The position numbers and the translations under genes were made by a program. Below the pieces are notes generated by a model. It was not told where the DNA came from, did no database searches, and saw nothing but the letters and a program-made list of their open reading frames with translations. From Candidatus Latescibacterota bacterium (GTDB lineage: Bacteria > Latescibacterota > UBA2968), in assembly GCA_965222605.1 (NCBI GenBank), contig OZ244960.1, forward strand, positions 1,472,001-1,536,000: a stretch of DNA of 64,000 bases, given 5' to 3'. This document shows, in pieces, positions 50,273-60,025 of the stretch (its first letter is position 1; each line of letters starts with the position of its first letter).

Positions 50273-50331
50273 CTCGCACCTCCTCGATAAGCTAATTCTG
50301 AACAACGGATCAAATTGTAACTCCCATCCTA

Positions 50332-50450
50332 TGCAATATTCGTGCCAAAATATATATTTTATTATTTTTCAGCATGTTATCACAAAATGGCTAAATTCCA
50401 CAACGCCACAAGTGTCCGGTATTGATACACAGGTGTCCGAAAATGAACAC
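50332..50450 (-). promoter_or_regulatory. sigma54 promoter with AT-rich IHF-like spacer and tandem palindromic upstream activator sites
   Basis: TGGCACG-AATA-TTGCA (50347-50332, minus strand); palindromes GTGTCCGGTATTGATACAC (50412-50430) and GTGTCCGAAAATGAACAC (50433-50450). Confidence 0.8.
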
Positions 50451-50491
50451 TTAAAACCAAATTTTTAACCGATTACTCAGACGAAAATTCA

Positions 50492-51397
50492 CTATACCTT
50501 CACCTTCAACGCACCCGGAACAACCTCAATCTTCGCGGGAATCTCACACACGGGTTCGCCATCGGCAAAAATCCACAAAGGATCATCGGACTCAATCCGC
50601 AAAGCCCTGGTCTGCACAACACGCACAGCAGAATGACCAATATGTGCGCCGGAATACGCGCTCAAAAACATCCGCAAAACCGTCCAGCGCGAAACATCTG
50701 CCACAATGCACACATCCAGCATCCCATCATCAACAATGGCATCAGGTGCAATTTTAATCCCACTCCCATAAAAAGGCGCATTCGCCGTTGCCACCAGCAA
50801 AATACGCCCTTCAAAAACGCCAAAATCTCCTCGCAGACACACAAAAGGAGATCGATATCCAAATAGTGTTCGCAAAACTGTCAGCCCGTATGACACCGTT
50901 CCCCCCGCCTCCAAAGCCCGTGTGAGAATGTGCATTGAACCAGTCCCCTGATTCCGCATCCTTTGCGCCACCGCCGTATCGAAACCCAAACTCGCAACAG
51001 TCACAAAAAATCGGTCGCCCACTTTCCCCAGATCAATCGCGCGATCCACCCCATGCACCAGCGTATTGACCACATCCTTCACATCTCTGGGCAACCCCAA
51101 TGCCCGCGCCAAATCATTCCCGCGACCACAGGGCACAATCCCCAAAACCGCATCTGAATTTGCGAGACCATTGACCACTTCATGAACCGTCCCATCCCCC
51201 CCACACGCAGCAACCTGTCGCGCACCCCGCGCCAACACTTCTCGCGCTATCCGCTCGCAATCGCCCGGCGCCTCCGACACCATCAAATCGGAATTTACAC
51301 CGCGCTCGCGCAACAAATCCGCAACCCGCTCACCCACGCGCCTTGCACGACCGCGTCCCGAAACGGGATTTGCAATAATTGTCCAGTGATTTGACAT
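50492..51397 (-). CDS. Diacylglycerol kinase family lipid kinase (DagK/YegS)
   Basis: NPVSG, GGDGTVHEV, PCGRGNDLA, YGSG, DDGMLD, ADGE. Confidence 0.9.
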   Translation of the reverse strand: MSNHWTIIANPVSGRGRARRVGERVADLLRERGVNSDLMVSEAPGDCERIAREVLARGARQVAACGGDGTVHEVVNGLANSDAVLGIVPCGRGNDLARALGLPRDVKDVVNTLVHGVDRAIDLGKVGDRFFVTVASLGFDTAVAQRMRNQGTGSMHILTRALEAGGTVSYGLTVLRTLFGYRSPFVCLRGDFGVFEGRILLVATANAPFYGSGIKIAPDAIVDDGMLDVCIVADVSRWTVLRMFLSAYSGAHIGHSAVRVVQTRALRIESDDPLWIFADGEPVCEIPAKIEVVPGALKVKV

Positions 51398-51492
51398 AAG
51401 CTCAAAAAGAAAACTCACCTCTCTATGAGATGAGTCAATAAATAATGCATCTAAATGGTTCTCCTCATCGGGAAATTCTTCGCAGAGAGAAC

Positions 51493-52647
51493 CTAAAAAA
51501 GACCATACTCTTGCTTCAATCTTTGAATCCGATTAAAGGATTCGCAAATGCGTTCTTCTTCAACAACGCCATCTGCTACTGCCTGTACAATGGCATTTTT
51601 TACATCGTACACCTGTTCAATATTGTATTCCCCAATCTGGTTGGCGAGCAAGATCATATCAACACCTGCTTTTATAGCTTCAACAGCCGCCTCTGCCAAC
51701 CCATACGCTTCAACAATCGCCCCCATTTGCATATCATCGGAAATAATGACCCCATCAAAACCCATCTCATTCCTGAGGATCTTCGTCATAATATCATGCG
51801 ACAAAGTTGCCGGTCTTCCACTTTTATCGAGCTCCCGATTGACAATATGCGCGGTAATAATCGGATCGTCATAGCCTTTTTGGATAAATTTTTGATACGG
51901 CAAAAGCTCTTTTACACGTTGGTATGTCTCCGTGACATCGGTAACACCGAGATGTGTATCGCCCGCCGCACTTCCGTGTCCGGGAAAGTGTTTCAGAGTC
52001 GGTATCACCTGCCGCGCTCGGTGTGCGTTGACAAACGCATTGGCATGCGCTACCACAGCCCTCGGCACATCGCTAAATGACCGTTCTATCGCGCCAATAG
52101 CCGGACTTTTGGGATCTATATTTACATCGACAACCGGAGCAAAATTCCAGTTAATCCCCATATCTTTCAATTCGCGTGCAAGTGCGCCTGCCACTCTTTT
52201 TGTCCTACCTGAGGACTTCCTGCCGAGTTTTTGAGCAGAAGGCACAGATACAGCAAATCCATACTCCTTTTTTAGTCGATTGACATACCCACCTTCTGCG
52301 TCAACCGCGATAAAATAGGGCACGGTTGCGACAGCCTGAAGCGCTGAGGTCAATGCGCGAAGTTGCCGCGGGGACGTGATATTCCGCACCACCTCACCTT
52401 TGCTCGGCAGATCGTAGTCAAAAAGCACCACCCCACCGGGTTGAATATCCCGCAGTATCGCCGCGATATCCCCATCTAAAACATCACCGCGAAAACCGAT
52501 CATCAGCATCTGCCCCACTGCTTCCTCTAACGCGGGGAAGTCAGGGTGAAGCTTATGAGACCGCGTCATTGGCTCCAAAAAATTCTCTTTGAACGCAAAC
52601 GTCGCGCCTTCGCCCTCCTGAATCGGAATTTCAAAATCAGCGGGCAT
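51493..52647 (-). CDS. GH3 beta-N-acetylhexosaminidase (NagZ-like)
   Basis: DAEGGYV, APVVD, KHFPGHG, DTH, SDDMQM; ATG overlaps the SDR stop. Confidence 0.88.
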   Translation of the reverse strand: MPADFEIPIQEGEGATFAFKENFLEPMTRSHKLHPDFPALEEAVGQMLMIGFRGDVLDGDIAAILRDIQPGGVVLFDYDLPSKGEVVRNITSPRQLRALTSALQAVATVPYFIAVDAEGGYVNRLKKEYGFAVSVPSAQKLGRKSSGRTKRVAGALARELKDMGINWNFAPVVDVNIDPKSPAIGAIERSFSDVPRAVVAHANAFVNAHRARQVIPTLKHFPGHGSAAGDTHLGVTDVTETYQRVKELLPYQKFIQKGYDDPIITAHIVNRELDKSGRPATLSHDIMTKILRNEMGFDGVIISDDMQMGAIVEAYGLAEAAVEAIKAGVDMILLANQIGEYNIEQVYDVKNAIVQAVADGVVEEERICESFNRIQRLKQEYGLF

Positions 52648-53459
52648 CACACCATATCCTCCAACCCCTGATCCCTCATCTTCCTCTTCACCAGCCACTC
52701 GACAATTTTGGGATGAATCAATTGAAGCCAGGGCAATGCGCGGTGATGCCGGGGAAGCACCAATTCGCGCTTCTGTTTTCGCATCGCTTTCAAAATTGCC
52801 ATGCAACAATATGTAAGAGAAATCGACTCTTTGTTGTGCCGCTGTGAGGAATCGCCCAATGCTTCACCATCTTTCCCAAAGGCGTGCTGTCTCAAATTCG
52901 TCCCCTCAAGCCAATGCGGCAATACCGTCAACACATGCACCTCTTCCACTTCCAGACGCAGAGCGTTTAGAAAACCCAGCACCGCGTGCTTTGACGCCCC
53001 ATATCCCGTATGCAAAGGCACGCCAAATTTCCCCTGCACAGAGGCAATACCTACGATCATACCCTTCGAAACTTTCAAATGTGGCAATGCCGCATGCACA
53101 CAATAAACCAGACCGAGATAATTGGTCTCCATCAGCTTGCGAAACATCCCCAAATCTTCTACCTCGTCAAACCGCGCCCACATACTGATCCCGGCATTGG
53201 CAATCAAATAATCTATGCGGTCAAATGCTGCAATCGTCGCCTCAATCAATTGCTCGCAATCTTCGATCCGTGTAACATCCCCCACCACTGTCACCACCTG
53301 TGCGCCCAACCCCCGACACTGCTCAGCCGTCTCGCCTAACTTTTCCTCTCGCCGAGCAAACAATGCCAGATGTGCGCCCTGTTTCGCCAATTCCAGAGCC
53401 AATGCAGCCCCAAGCCCCGAAGACGCGCCTGTAATAATCGCTACCTTATCGCAAAACAT
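52647..53459 (-). CDS. Classical SDR oxidoreductase (DHRS7B-like; candidate acyl/alkyl-DHAP reductase)
   Basis: TGASSGLG, NAG, YGASK; substrate inferred from context only. Confidence 0.8.
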   Translation of the reverse strand: MFCDKVAIITGASSGLGAALALELAKQGAHLALFARREEKLGETAEQCRGLGAQVVTVVGDVTRIEDCEQLIEATIAAFDRIDYLIANAGISMWARFDEVEDLGMFRKLMETNYLGLVYCVHAALPHLKVSKGMIVGIASVQGKFGVPLHTGYGASKHAVLGFLNALRLEVEEVHVLTVLPHWLEGTNLRQHAFGKDGEALGDSSQRHNKESISLTYCCMAILKAMRKQKRELVLPRHHRALPWLQLIHPKIVEWLVKRKMRDQGLEDMV

Positions 53460-53513
53460 TGCGCCATTCAAAATCAATAATTCCTCTCTATTTAGCTATA
53501 TTGAGGAGGTCTG

Positions 53514-53816
53514 TTAAATGAATCCATCCCGTACAGCCTGGCTTTCAAGTGCTCGTTCGAAACTAACGAGGCGGCGAATGAGACTGTTGTAGCGGGAGTG
53601 CGTATCTCCAGGATATATGGCACCAAGAGCCTTATAGAGCGCGAGTTCCGGCTGGTCTGGCAACGCCACCTGGGGAACCTCCAAACCAGCCGCACGCAGA
53701 CGTGTCGCACCAATGGCGACGAGCAAGGCTTCGACCGTCATCTCACCGCGCTGCAACGCTTCAATGCCCGACATTACGAGATCTGCACCGGGCAAATTTT
53801 GGGGGACTCTATTCAT
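53514..53816 (-). CDS. Hypothetical 100-aa protein coupled to the nucleotidyltransferase gene
   Basis: ATGA overlap with the upstream gene, GGAGGA RBS. Confidence 0.65.
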   Translation of the reverse strand: MNRVPQNLPGADLVMSGIEALQRGEMTVEALLVAIGATRLRAAGLEVPQVALPDQPELALYKALGAIYPGDTHSRYNSLIRRLVSFERALESQAVRDGFI

Positions 53817-54346
53817 TGCTCCTCCATCGCGTTCACCGCATTCTGCACCTTCTCGCGGAAACACGCAGCATCAATCGCGGGATAACGCACCAAACCAGGC
53901 TCAATCGCGTCAAAGAGCGCGATCAGGCGCATCGGCTCAATCAACTGTTCCCGGTGCATCGCCTCGACATCGCGCAGGTCCTGTTCATGCCCGCGCTCAA
54001 TCTTCGCGAGTGCCTGCGCGTAGAAGTCATAATGAAAAAAATCGACCGCCCCGTATCGAGCGATGAACGCGCTCCGCTCTTGCCAGTTGGGAAGGGGAGG
54101 AATAAAATCATCGGGAGCCGCCAACTCGACATTTATGTTTAAGATATTCTTAGCGCGAGCGATCGCATCAAAAACACCGATGGGTTCCGGATCGAGCTTG
54201 AGATCGACATCTACAGTGGTCGCTCGCCAGCCCAGCAGCACCGCTGAACTCCCTCCAACGAGATAAATTCGGCCTTCGCCTCGTGCCTCTGCACCGAGAC
54301 GCCTCATGAGTTCCTGCACCTTCAGGGCATCGGTCGTTTCTCGCAT
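53813..54346 (-). CDS. Nucleotidyltransferase-fold protein (DUF6036-like)
   Basis: YLVGGS...TVDVD (GG..DxD), KIERG..DLRD. Confidence 0.72.
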   Translation of the reverse strand: MRETTDALKVQELMRRLGAEARGEGRIYLVGGSSAVLLGWRATTVDVDLKLDPEPIGVFDAIARAKNILNINVELAAPDDFIPPLPNWQERSAFIARYGAVDFFHYDFYAQALAKIERGHEQDLRDVEAMHREQLIEPMRLIALFDAIEPGLVRYPAIDAACFREKVQNAVNAMEEQ

Positions 54347-54374
54347 GGTATTGGCGTTCCTCTCACTGTCATTT

Positions 54375-56207
54375 TCAATCCCCAAACGCGCCATTGCCAA
54401 TGGCAAAAATATTATTTGGATCCATAGCCTTTTTCATTTGCCGCAGCACTGCAATGCTATTTTCGCTTTGAATCTGAGACAAAAATCCACTGCGGAGCTT
54501 GCCCACGCCGTGATGGTGCGACAAAGACCCGCCGTGGTCTAAAATCTCCTGCCGCAACTGGTGCTCAATCTTGTGATAAACGCCAACCGCATCCTCAAGC
54601 CCCTGTGCGCAAAAACCCATGGTAAAATAAATGCACACACCCGTGTGATAGGTCTGTGTCACGCGATAGGCCAGAAAGGGTTTGCCCGGCACGCTGTATT
54701 CTTCACACAAAGCAATTAGCTTCTTTTCCACCGCACCAATAACATCGTGAATATTAGTCCACGGCACAGAAGTTTCAAATGTCTCGCCCAAAATGTGAAA
54801 CTGAGTAAAAAAATCGCGAATATACGCAATCCCAAACGTCAGCATATACCCCCGCTCGCCACGGCTCGCCCCGCCCGAAATACCGCCGTACTTCTTCACC
54901 AAACGAAAAATCGTCTTTGCCTGCTGCCTGACCTCGTCTTTTGTCCCTTCCATCACAATCGTACAAGCCACCATCTGCTCTGGATCAAAACCCTTGACCT
55001 TAAACAAAAAAAATCGCTGAATACCTTGCTGGAGCTTCTCGAACCCTTTCGCCTCGGGCTTCAGCGCCTGCCCAAGATGAAATTCCGTATTGTTCACCAG
55101 CCGAATACTCGCCGGAATTTGCCCCGTCTGCCGAAGTGCCTTTAAGTAATCTACACCCCGTTCAAATGACGGAAACACCAGCGAGCCAAACGCCTGTGCT
55201 TCGGGCTGTTTGTGAATCTTCATAGTCGCCCGGGTAATAATCCCCAAATTGCCCTCACTACCAAACAAAAACGACCTGGGCTGCACACCTGTCGAATTGC
55301 GCGGCGTCGCATGGTGAGTCTCCACCTCCCCCGTTGGCGTCACCAGCGTGGCCTCTATCACAATATCCTCAATATTGCCATACCGATTCTTTTTCATACC
55401 ACTGGCATTGGTCGCAATCCATCCCCCCAGAGTTGAAAACTCCAAACTATCTGGATCGTGTCCCGACGTGTACCCCCGCTCATTCAGCGCAATCTCCAAT
55501 TGCTTACCCGAAATACCCGCTTGCACACACGCTTGAAAATTCTCTTCATCCACCTGTACAATGCGATTCATGCGACGCATATCCACCGACGCGACCATTC
55601 GCGTCTCTAAAGTCGGAATTGCGAGCGCACCGCTCACATTCGTCCCGCCGCCATAGGGCACCAGCACCACATTGTGATCATTTGCAAGTTGGACAATAGC
55701 CTGAATATCCGCGTCTTCCTCCGGGAACAACACCACATCCACCAGGCGTTCGGGAGGTCGATGGTACGAAATTTGATAAACCTCATCCACACTCAACTGC
55801 CCGTGACTATGCACCAGACGCTCTATGTCCTCCTGAGAAACGCCATCTTCATCGAGTGCCTCGCGCACCGCCCTCAAAAATTCATCATTTGCCACGGGTT
55901 TGGGCAAATCGCGGTGCTCGACCTCCTGCCCCATATCTTCGAGCCTGATCGGCAAATCAAGCACCTTTTCGACAAAAGGCAAAAAATACGGCATCCGATA
56001 GCCACACAACGGATATCGCGTTCCCGTCACCTGCACAGTCCTGTCATCGTCAAACTCAAACCGCGTATCCTTATACCCCCACTTGTGTGCAAACCGCTCG
56101 CCTTCTGTCCCCTCAGAAAAACGGTCTTTACTGGCAAAAGCGCGACGCCCTCGAACGAGCAAAAATACCAGCACCAATAAAAAAGCGACAACCATCAGTT
56201 CATTCAT
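54375..56207 (-). CDS. Alkylglycerone-phosphate synthase (alkyl-DHAP synthase, AGPS)-like FAD enzyme
   Basis: PYGGGTNVS, PDSLEFSTLGGW, ASGMKKNRYGNIED, GSEGNLG, PASIRL, FETSVPW, RVTQTY..G.CIYF, GGSLSHHHGVGK; N-terminal membrane anchor. Confidence 0.88.
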   Translation of the reverse strand: MNELMVVAFLLVLVFLLVRGRRAFASKDRFSEGTEGERFAHKWGYKDTRFEFDDDRTVQVTGTRYPLCGYRMPYFLPFVEKVLDLPIRLEDMGQEVEHRDLPKPVANDEFLRAVREALDEDGVSQEDIERLVHSHGQLSVDEVYQISYHRPPERLVDVVLFPEEDADIQAIVQLANDHNVVLVPYGGGTNVSGALAIPTLETRMVASVDMRRMNRIVQVDEENFQACVQAGISGKQLEIALNERGYTSGHDPDSLEFSTLGGWIATNASGMKKNRYGNIEDIVIEATLVTPTGEVETHHATPRNSTGVQPRSFLFGSEGNLGIITRATMKIHKQPEAQAFGSLVFPSFERGVDYLKALRQTGQIPASIRLVNNTEFHLGQALKPEAKGFEKLQQGIQRFFLFKVKGFDPEQMVACTIVMEGTKDEVRQQAKTIFRLVKKYGGISGGASRGERGYMLTFGIAYIRDFFTQFHILGETFETSVPWTNIHDVIGAVEKKLIALCEEYSVPGKPFLAYRVTQTYHTGVCIYFTMGFCAQGLEDAVGVYHKIEHQLRQEILDHGGSLSHHHGVGKLRSGFLSQIQSENSIAVLRQMKKAMDPNNIFAIGNGAFGD

Positions 56208-56228
56208 CACATACCTCACAAAATGTTT

Positions 56229-58175
56229 TCAAGACTCTTCCGGATTCAACAACGTCGCAATATGCACCGCTTGAAACAGCGCGGCAGCCTCGGACTGAAT
56301 CCGCAGCGACCGTCTTTTGGGCAACAGGGTCGTCTCCCCCAGCATCGGCGGCGAAACCCACACATCAACTTGCCCCGGATTGATATTGATATTGCCCTTT
56401 GGACACTTGGGCCACAGCGCGTGAAGCCCGCGGTACGCAATCGGCACAATCACCACATCCTGGGGCAATTGTGCAAACACTCCGTGTTGAAGCGGAAATT
56501 GCTGAACTGCAAAAGCCGCCGTCGTCGCCATGGGATAAATAACGCCCGGACGCTCTGTCAATGCCTGTGCCACGCGCTGTGTCGTATGGCCCGCAGCATG
56601 GGATCGCTCGAGCATCACATAGCCATCGACATTTTCCAGAATCTGATCAAATACCTCAGACGTCATCCCAAACTGCGTAATCTGTTTCGACCCAATTTTA
56701 ATACCCGAGCGCGCCAGCCCAGTACGCGCCAGAATCACACAAGGTTCGGGTCTTTCCCATCCCATCGCGTCCAAAAATTCTCGAGACTGCAAAACCTTGT
56801 ACAAAACGGGATGGTCAAACAAACTCTGATGCGTCGGCAAAAAAATAAGACGCCGATCTTCCGCATCGGCTCCCAAATCTCGTACAATGGCTTCAAAATG
56901 GGGATCGATATAAACATCAACGCTAATATCAAAAATATCCAGCGTGCGACGTCCCCAATCGAGCCAGGTGCGCCATCCGGCTTCGCGGCGACGGATGGGA
57001 TCGGCTTCTTTTTCCAACAATTTCTTTTTTTGACGTCCCACCTTGAGCGAAGTCCCCATCCACCGGGCAAAACGCATTCCTCGCTGCAACTTCGAAAATT
57101 GCCCCCGACGTCCGACATTGGGATATTCCAAAAATCGTCCTCGCGCCGTATCTGCGAGCAAAGCGGGAATTTCTATACGCGAAACTTTTTGTCCAACACG
57201 ATCGATTTGCGCGTTCACATCGCATATCAGCTTAACTGACAAATCAATCATATCCCGCGTCAAATAACTATACTCCTGCCCATACCAATACAGCCTGGGA
57301 CGCAACTTGGTGGGATCCTCCTGATGCGCGTGCAAAAATTCAATCAACAACGCCTTGATGTGCAACACATCATCATCTATCCCATCCAGACCCACATCGC
57401 TCACCTCGCGCAACCGCGCCAAAGCCACTTCCGCATCCACAATAACCTTCCACACCGACACACCAAACCAGCCAAAATTTGTCAAATAATTATACCGCGT
57501 TGACAGCAACCCCCCCGCAGCGATCAAATTGAGCGTGCGCTGTGCCACATCTTGCAGCAAATCGCGCAAAGATCCCTCAATCCGCTCGCCATCTCGTTCA
57601 CAACTGTACTCCTCGGCCCAGTGTGCGTCCTCATCCACCGCCACATTGCCAAGAGCCTCTGCAACGGCGCGGGCGTGCGACATCGGCACCTGTGTAATAT
57701 GCACCTGAGCCAGTGCCTCTTCCACGGCTTCGGGCGCGTGTAACTCCGCCTGTGCCAGAGCCTTCAAATACAGAGACTGATACAACTTCAAAAAATCTTT
57801 CGCATCCCCGCGCCCTCGTTCGACAAATTGTCGCCTGAGTTGCAAATAAATTCGGCTGCCCGTGTGATATTGCGGAAGCAACTCCGAAAAAGGCCGATAC
57901 GCCTCGTCCAAACGCTCATTGCGAACCTCGGGCAGGCCCCGAAAAATCGCATCCACAAGCTGCGCGCGAAATTGCAGTGCCTCCATATCCATCGCCCCGC
58001 TCTGACTTTTGGGCCAGATCAGCGCATCTGGATCGAACTCGTCAAAATAGCCATCGTGACGCACGGCTTCGAGCATAAGCTGAACCGATTGGTCATAAAT
58101 AGCCAACATCTGCTCCAGATCGTCGAGCAGTGTTTCGTGCAATGGACGAGTATCTGATTTATCGCGTGTAGTCAT
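56229..58175 (-). CDS. Glycerolipid acyltransferase (PlsC/LPLAT domain) with large unknown N-terminal region
   Basis: PTHQSLFD (HX4D), IYP, IVPIAY..LWPK in the C-terminal third. Confidence 0.75.
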   Translation of the reverse strand: MTTRDKSDTRPLHETLLDDLEQMLAIYDQSVQLMLEAVRHDGYFDEFDPDALIWPKSQSGAMDMEALQFRAQLVDAIFRGLPEVRNERLDEAYRPFSELLPQYHTGSRIYLQLRRQFVERGRGDAKDFLKLYQSLYLKALAQAELHAPEAVEEALAQVHITQVPMSHARAVAEALGNVAVDEDAHWAEEYSCERDGERIEGSLRDLLQDVAQRTLNLIAAGGLLSTRYNYLTNFGWFGVSVWKVIVDAEVALARLREVSDVGLDGIDDDVLHIKALLIEFLHAHQEDPTKLRPRLYWYGQEYSYLTRDMIDLSVKLICDVNAQIDRVGQKVSRIEIPALLADTARGRFLEYPNVGRRGQFSKLQRGMRFARWMGTSLKVGRQKKKLLEKEADPIRRREAGWRTWLDWGRRTLDIFDISVDVYIDPHFEAIVRDLGADAEDRRLIFLPTHQSLFDHPVLYKVLQSREFLDAMGWERPEPCVILARTGLARSGIKIGSKQITQFGMTSEVFDQILENVDGYVMLERSHAAGHTTQRVAQALTERPGVIYPMATTAAFAVQQFPLQHGVFAQLPQDVVIVPIAYRGLHALWPKCPKGNININPGQVDVWVSPPMLGETTLLPKRRSLRIQSEAAALFQAVHIATLLNPEES

Positions 58176-58194
58176 GAGAGTTACTCAAAAAAGA

Positions 58195-59799
58195 CTAAAC
58201 ACCTGTCTTTAGCACATGGCGTTGCAAACCGGGAATATGAATATCTTTTACGTAAACGGGCCAATCTATGCGCGAAACATCACAATTAAAAATTTCTTTA
58301 TCTTCTGCATCCATGCTGTCAAATAGCCGATTCATATTGTCATTTTGAAACACGCAATCCAGAGAAATATAAGAGCCGTAAATATCGGTAAGCGACAGCG
58401 TATTTTCCAGCGTCGCATTCAAAATCGATAAATGGCGTTTGCGTTTTGAAACATTGCCCATCGGCACCCAATCCAGTGCCCATTGCAAAATTTTGAGTGG
58501 CAATAGATACTTATAGCGCAACTTTCGACGGAATTGTGACAGCGTCGGATAGGTCCACGGCGTCACTGCAATGGGTTTGCCATTGCGATCGCGCATTGGA
58601 TTGTTCACAAAATACTCATACACATACTGGACGAACTCACCCACCGTCACCGGGTTCTTTGCACTTGTTGTCACATGATAAACCTTCAAATCGGCATTTT
58701 TACGGATGGTAGGCAAAACACCGATAATCACATTGATAATAATATCCACGGGAATAACGTCTAAAACCGCTTCTGGACGCGCTGGAAAATCCGTCAAACG
58801 CCCCTTGCCGTAGTGTACAATAAGTGGGTCGGCCACTTTTAGTCCCTCCAGCCAGCCAGGCTCTGGATCGGACAAACTGCTCTCAATAATAGAAGGACGC
58901 ACGATCACGGTAGGCAAATCACCTCGGATCTTGGCAATCATCTGCTCACCCATGGCTTTGGTAAAAGAATAACTGTCGTGCCAGCCCAACTCTCGCCCGC
59001 GCTTTATGCCGCGCGCGACCATTTGTTCCCGCACCCAGCGCTGGCGCAAAGCCTCCAACTGATGTTCCCGTCGATGCGCTGTAACGCGCTTGCCACGATC
59101 CTGTCGGTCGAGCAACCGCGTAAATTCCGCAAATCGCTCGGGGCTTCGCGACGCCGCCTCTACTTCGCGGCTATACGCCAAAATATCTTCAACCTCCGAA
59201 TCCAGACTATAATCGGGCGCGCGACCATTTCCCATCTGTTGTGCCACCGTTTGATCGGGCACGGGCGCGTTTTCAGAAATGACCCTCTTTTGCCGCCCAT
59301 TGACATAAGCCGTTGAAACATGCACGAGCACAGCATCTCGACACGCTTTGGCAAATTCGACAACGCGCTTGGCCCCAAGTGTATTTTGCGCCAAAGCCAG
59401 ATCCAGTGGTGCGTCAAAAACCACATTGGCCGCGCTGTTAATCACAACATCGACTTCACGGGTCAACCGCGCATATGTCTCGGCATCCATGCCGAGGTGA
59501 TCTTGTGTCAAATCGCTCGGCACGGCAATGACTTTTTCGCGCATCACAGCATCAAAACGATCCCCGAGTTCTGCGCGCAATCGCGCAAAAGCACCAGATT
59601 GCAAAATCTCCTTTTGCAGTCGGTCTTCGGCACTAATGGGCTTGCCCCCTCCCCGCCTTTGAGGTCGCACCATAAGATAAATGCGCCCAACATCTGGCAC
59701 CTGACAAAGGATTTTTCCCACCAATCCCTTGGCCAGAAAACCAGTTGCACCCGTAACAAAAAGAACCTTGTGGTTCAAAAATGGAATAACAACACTCAT
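58195..59799 (-). CDS. Alcohol-forming fatty acyl-CoA/ACP reductase (FAR, male-sterility family)
   Basis: TGATGFLAK, HVSTAYV, YSFTKAMGE, RPSIIES, EPGWLEG, DVIPVD, C-terminal IDW...HIPGL sterile domain. Confidence 0.9.
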   Translation of the reverse strand: MSVVIPFLNHKVLFVTGATGFLAKGLVGKILCQVPDVGRIYLMVRPQRRGGGKPISAEDRLQKEILQSGAFARLRAELGDRFDAVMREKVIAVPSDLTQDHLGMDAETYARLTREVDVVINSAANVVFDAPLDLALAQNTLGAKRVVEFAKACRDAVLVHVSTAYVNGRQKRVISENAPVPDQTVAQQMGNGRAPDYSLDSEVEDILAYSREVEAASRSPERFAEFTRLLDRQDRGKRVTAHRREHQLEALRQRWVREQMVARGIKRGRELGWHDSYSFTKAMGEQMIAKIRGDLPTVIVRPSIIESSLSDPEPGWLEGLKVADPLIVHYGKGRLTDFPARPEAVLDVIPVDIIINVIIGVLPTIRKNADLKVYHVTTSAKNPVTVGEFVQYVYEYFVNNPMRDRNGKPIAVTPWTYPTLSQFRRKLRYKYLLPLKILQWALDWVPMGNVSKRKRHLSILNATLENTLSLTDIYGSYISLDCVFQNDNMNRLFDSMDAEDKEIFNCDVSRIDWPVYVKDIHIPGLQRHVLKTGV

Positions 59800-59868
59800 A
59801 AAAAGACCCCGGCGTCCAAAAAAATTAAAACGCAACAGCGCGAAAAAGTATCTCCTCAAAGTGCCCTA

Positions 59869-59974
59869 ATTAAAGACGTACATTGGACTTGTGTCAACCT
59901 CTTTCTCAGGCAGTTCACAAGCGCAAATCCTTATCAAAAATGAGGTTGACAAAAAAAAGGCCAACTCCTATCTT
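59869..59974. promoter_or_regulatory. Back-to-back sigma70-type promoters for the FAR cluster (-) and the ndk-fab cluster (+)
   Basis: Minus: TTGACA(59897-59892)-N17-TTTAAT; plus: TTGACA(59946-59951)-N17-TATCTT. Confidence 0.65.
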
Positions 59975-60025
59975 GTCCATCTTCAGGCCGGTATAAGCCG
60001 TATTTCTCCACACGGAGTTTTATGC

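Noticed and set aside
54375-56207. Generic D-lactate/glycolate oxidase call for the FAD protein
   Set aside because: It has the HHH motif, ASGMKKN.YGNIED and RVTQTY typical of AGPS rather than the GEHG motif, and sits beside FAR and an acyltransferase
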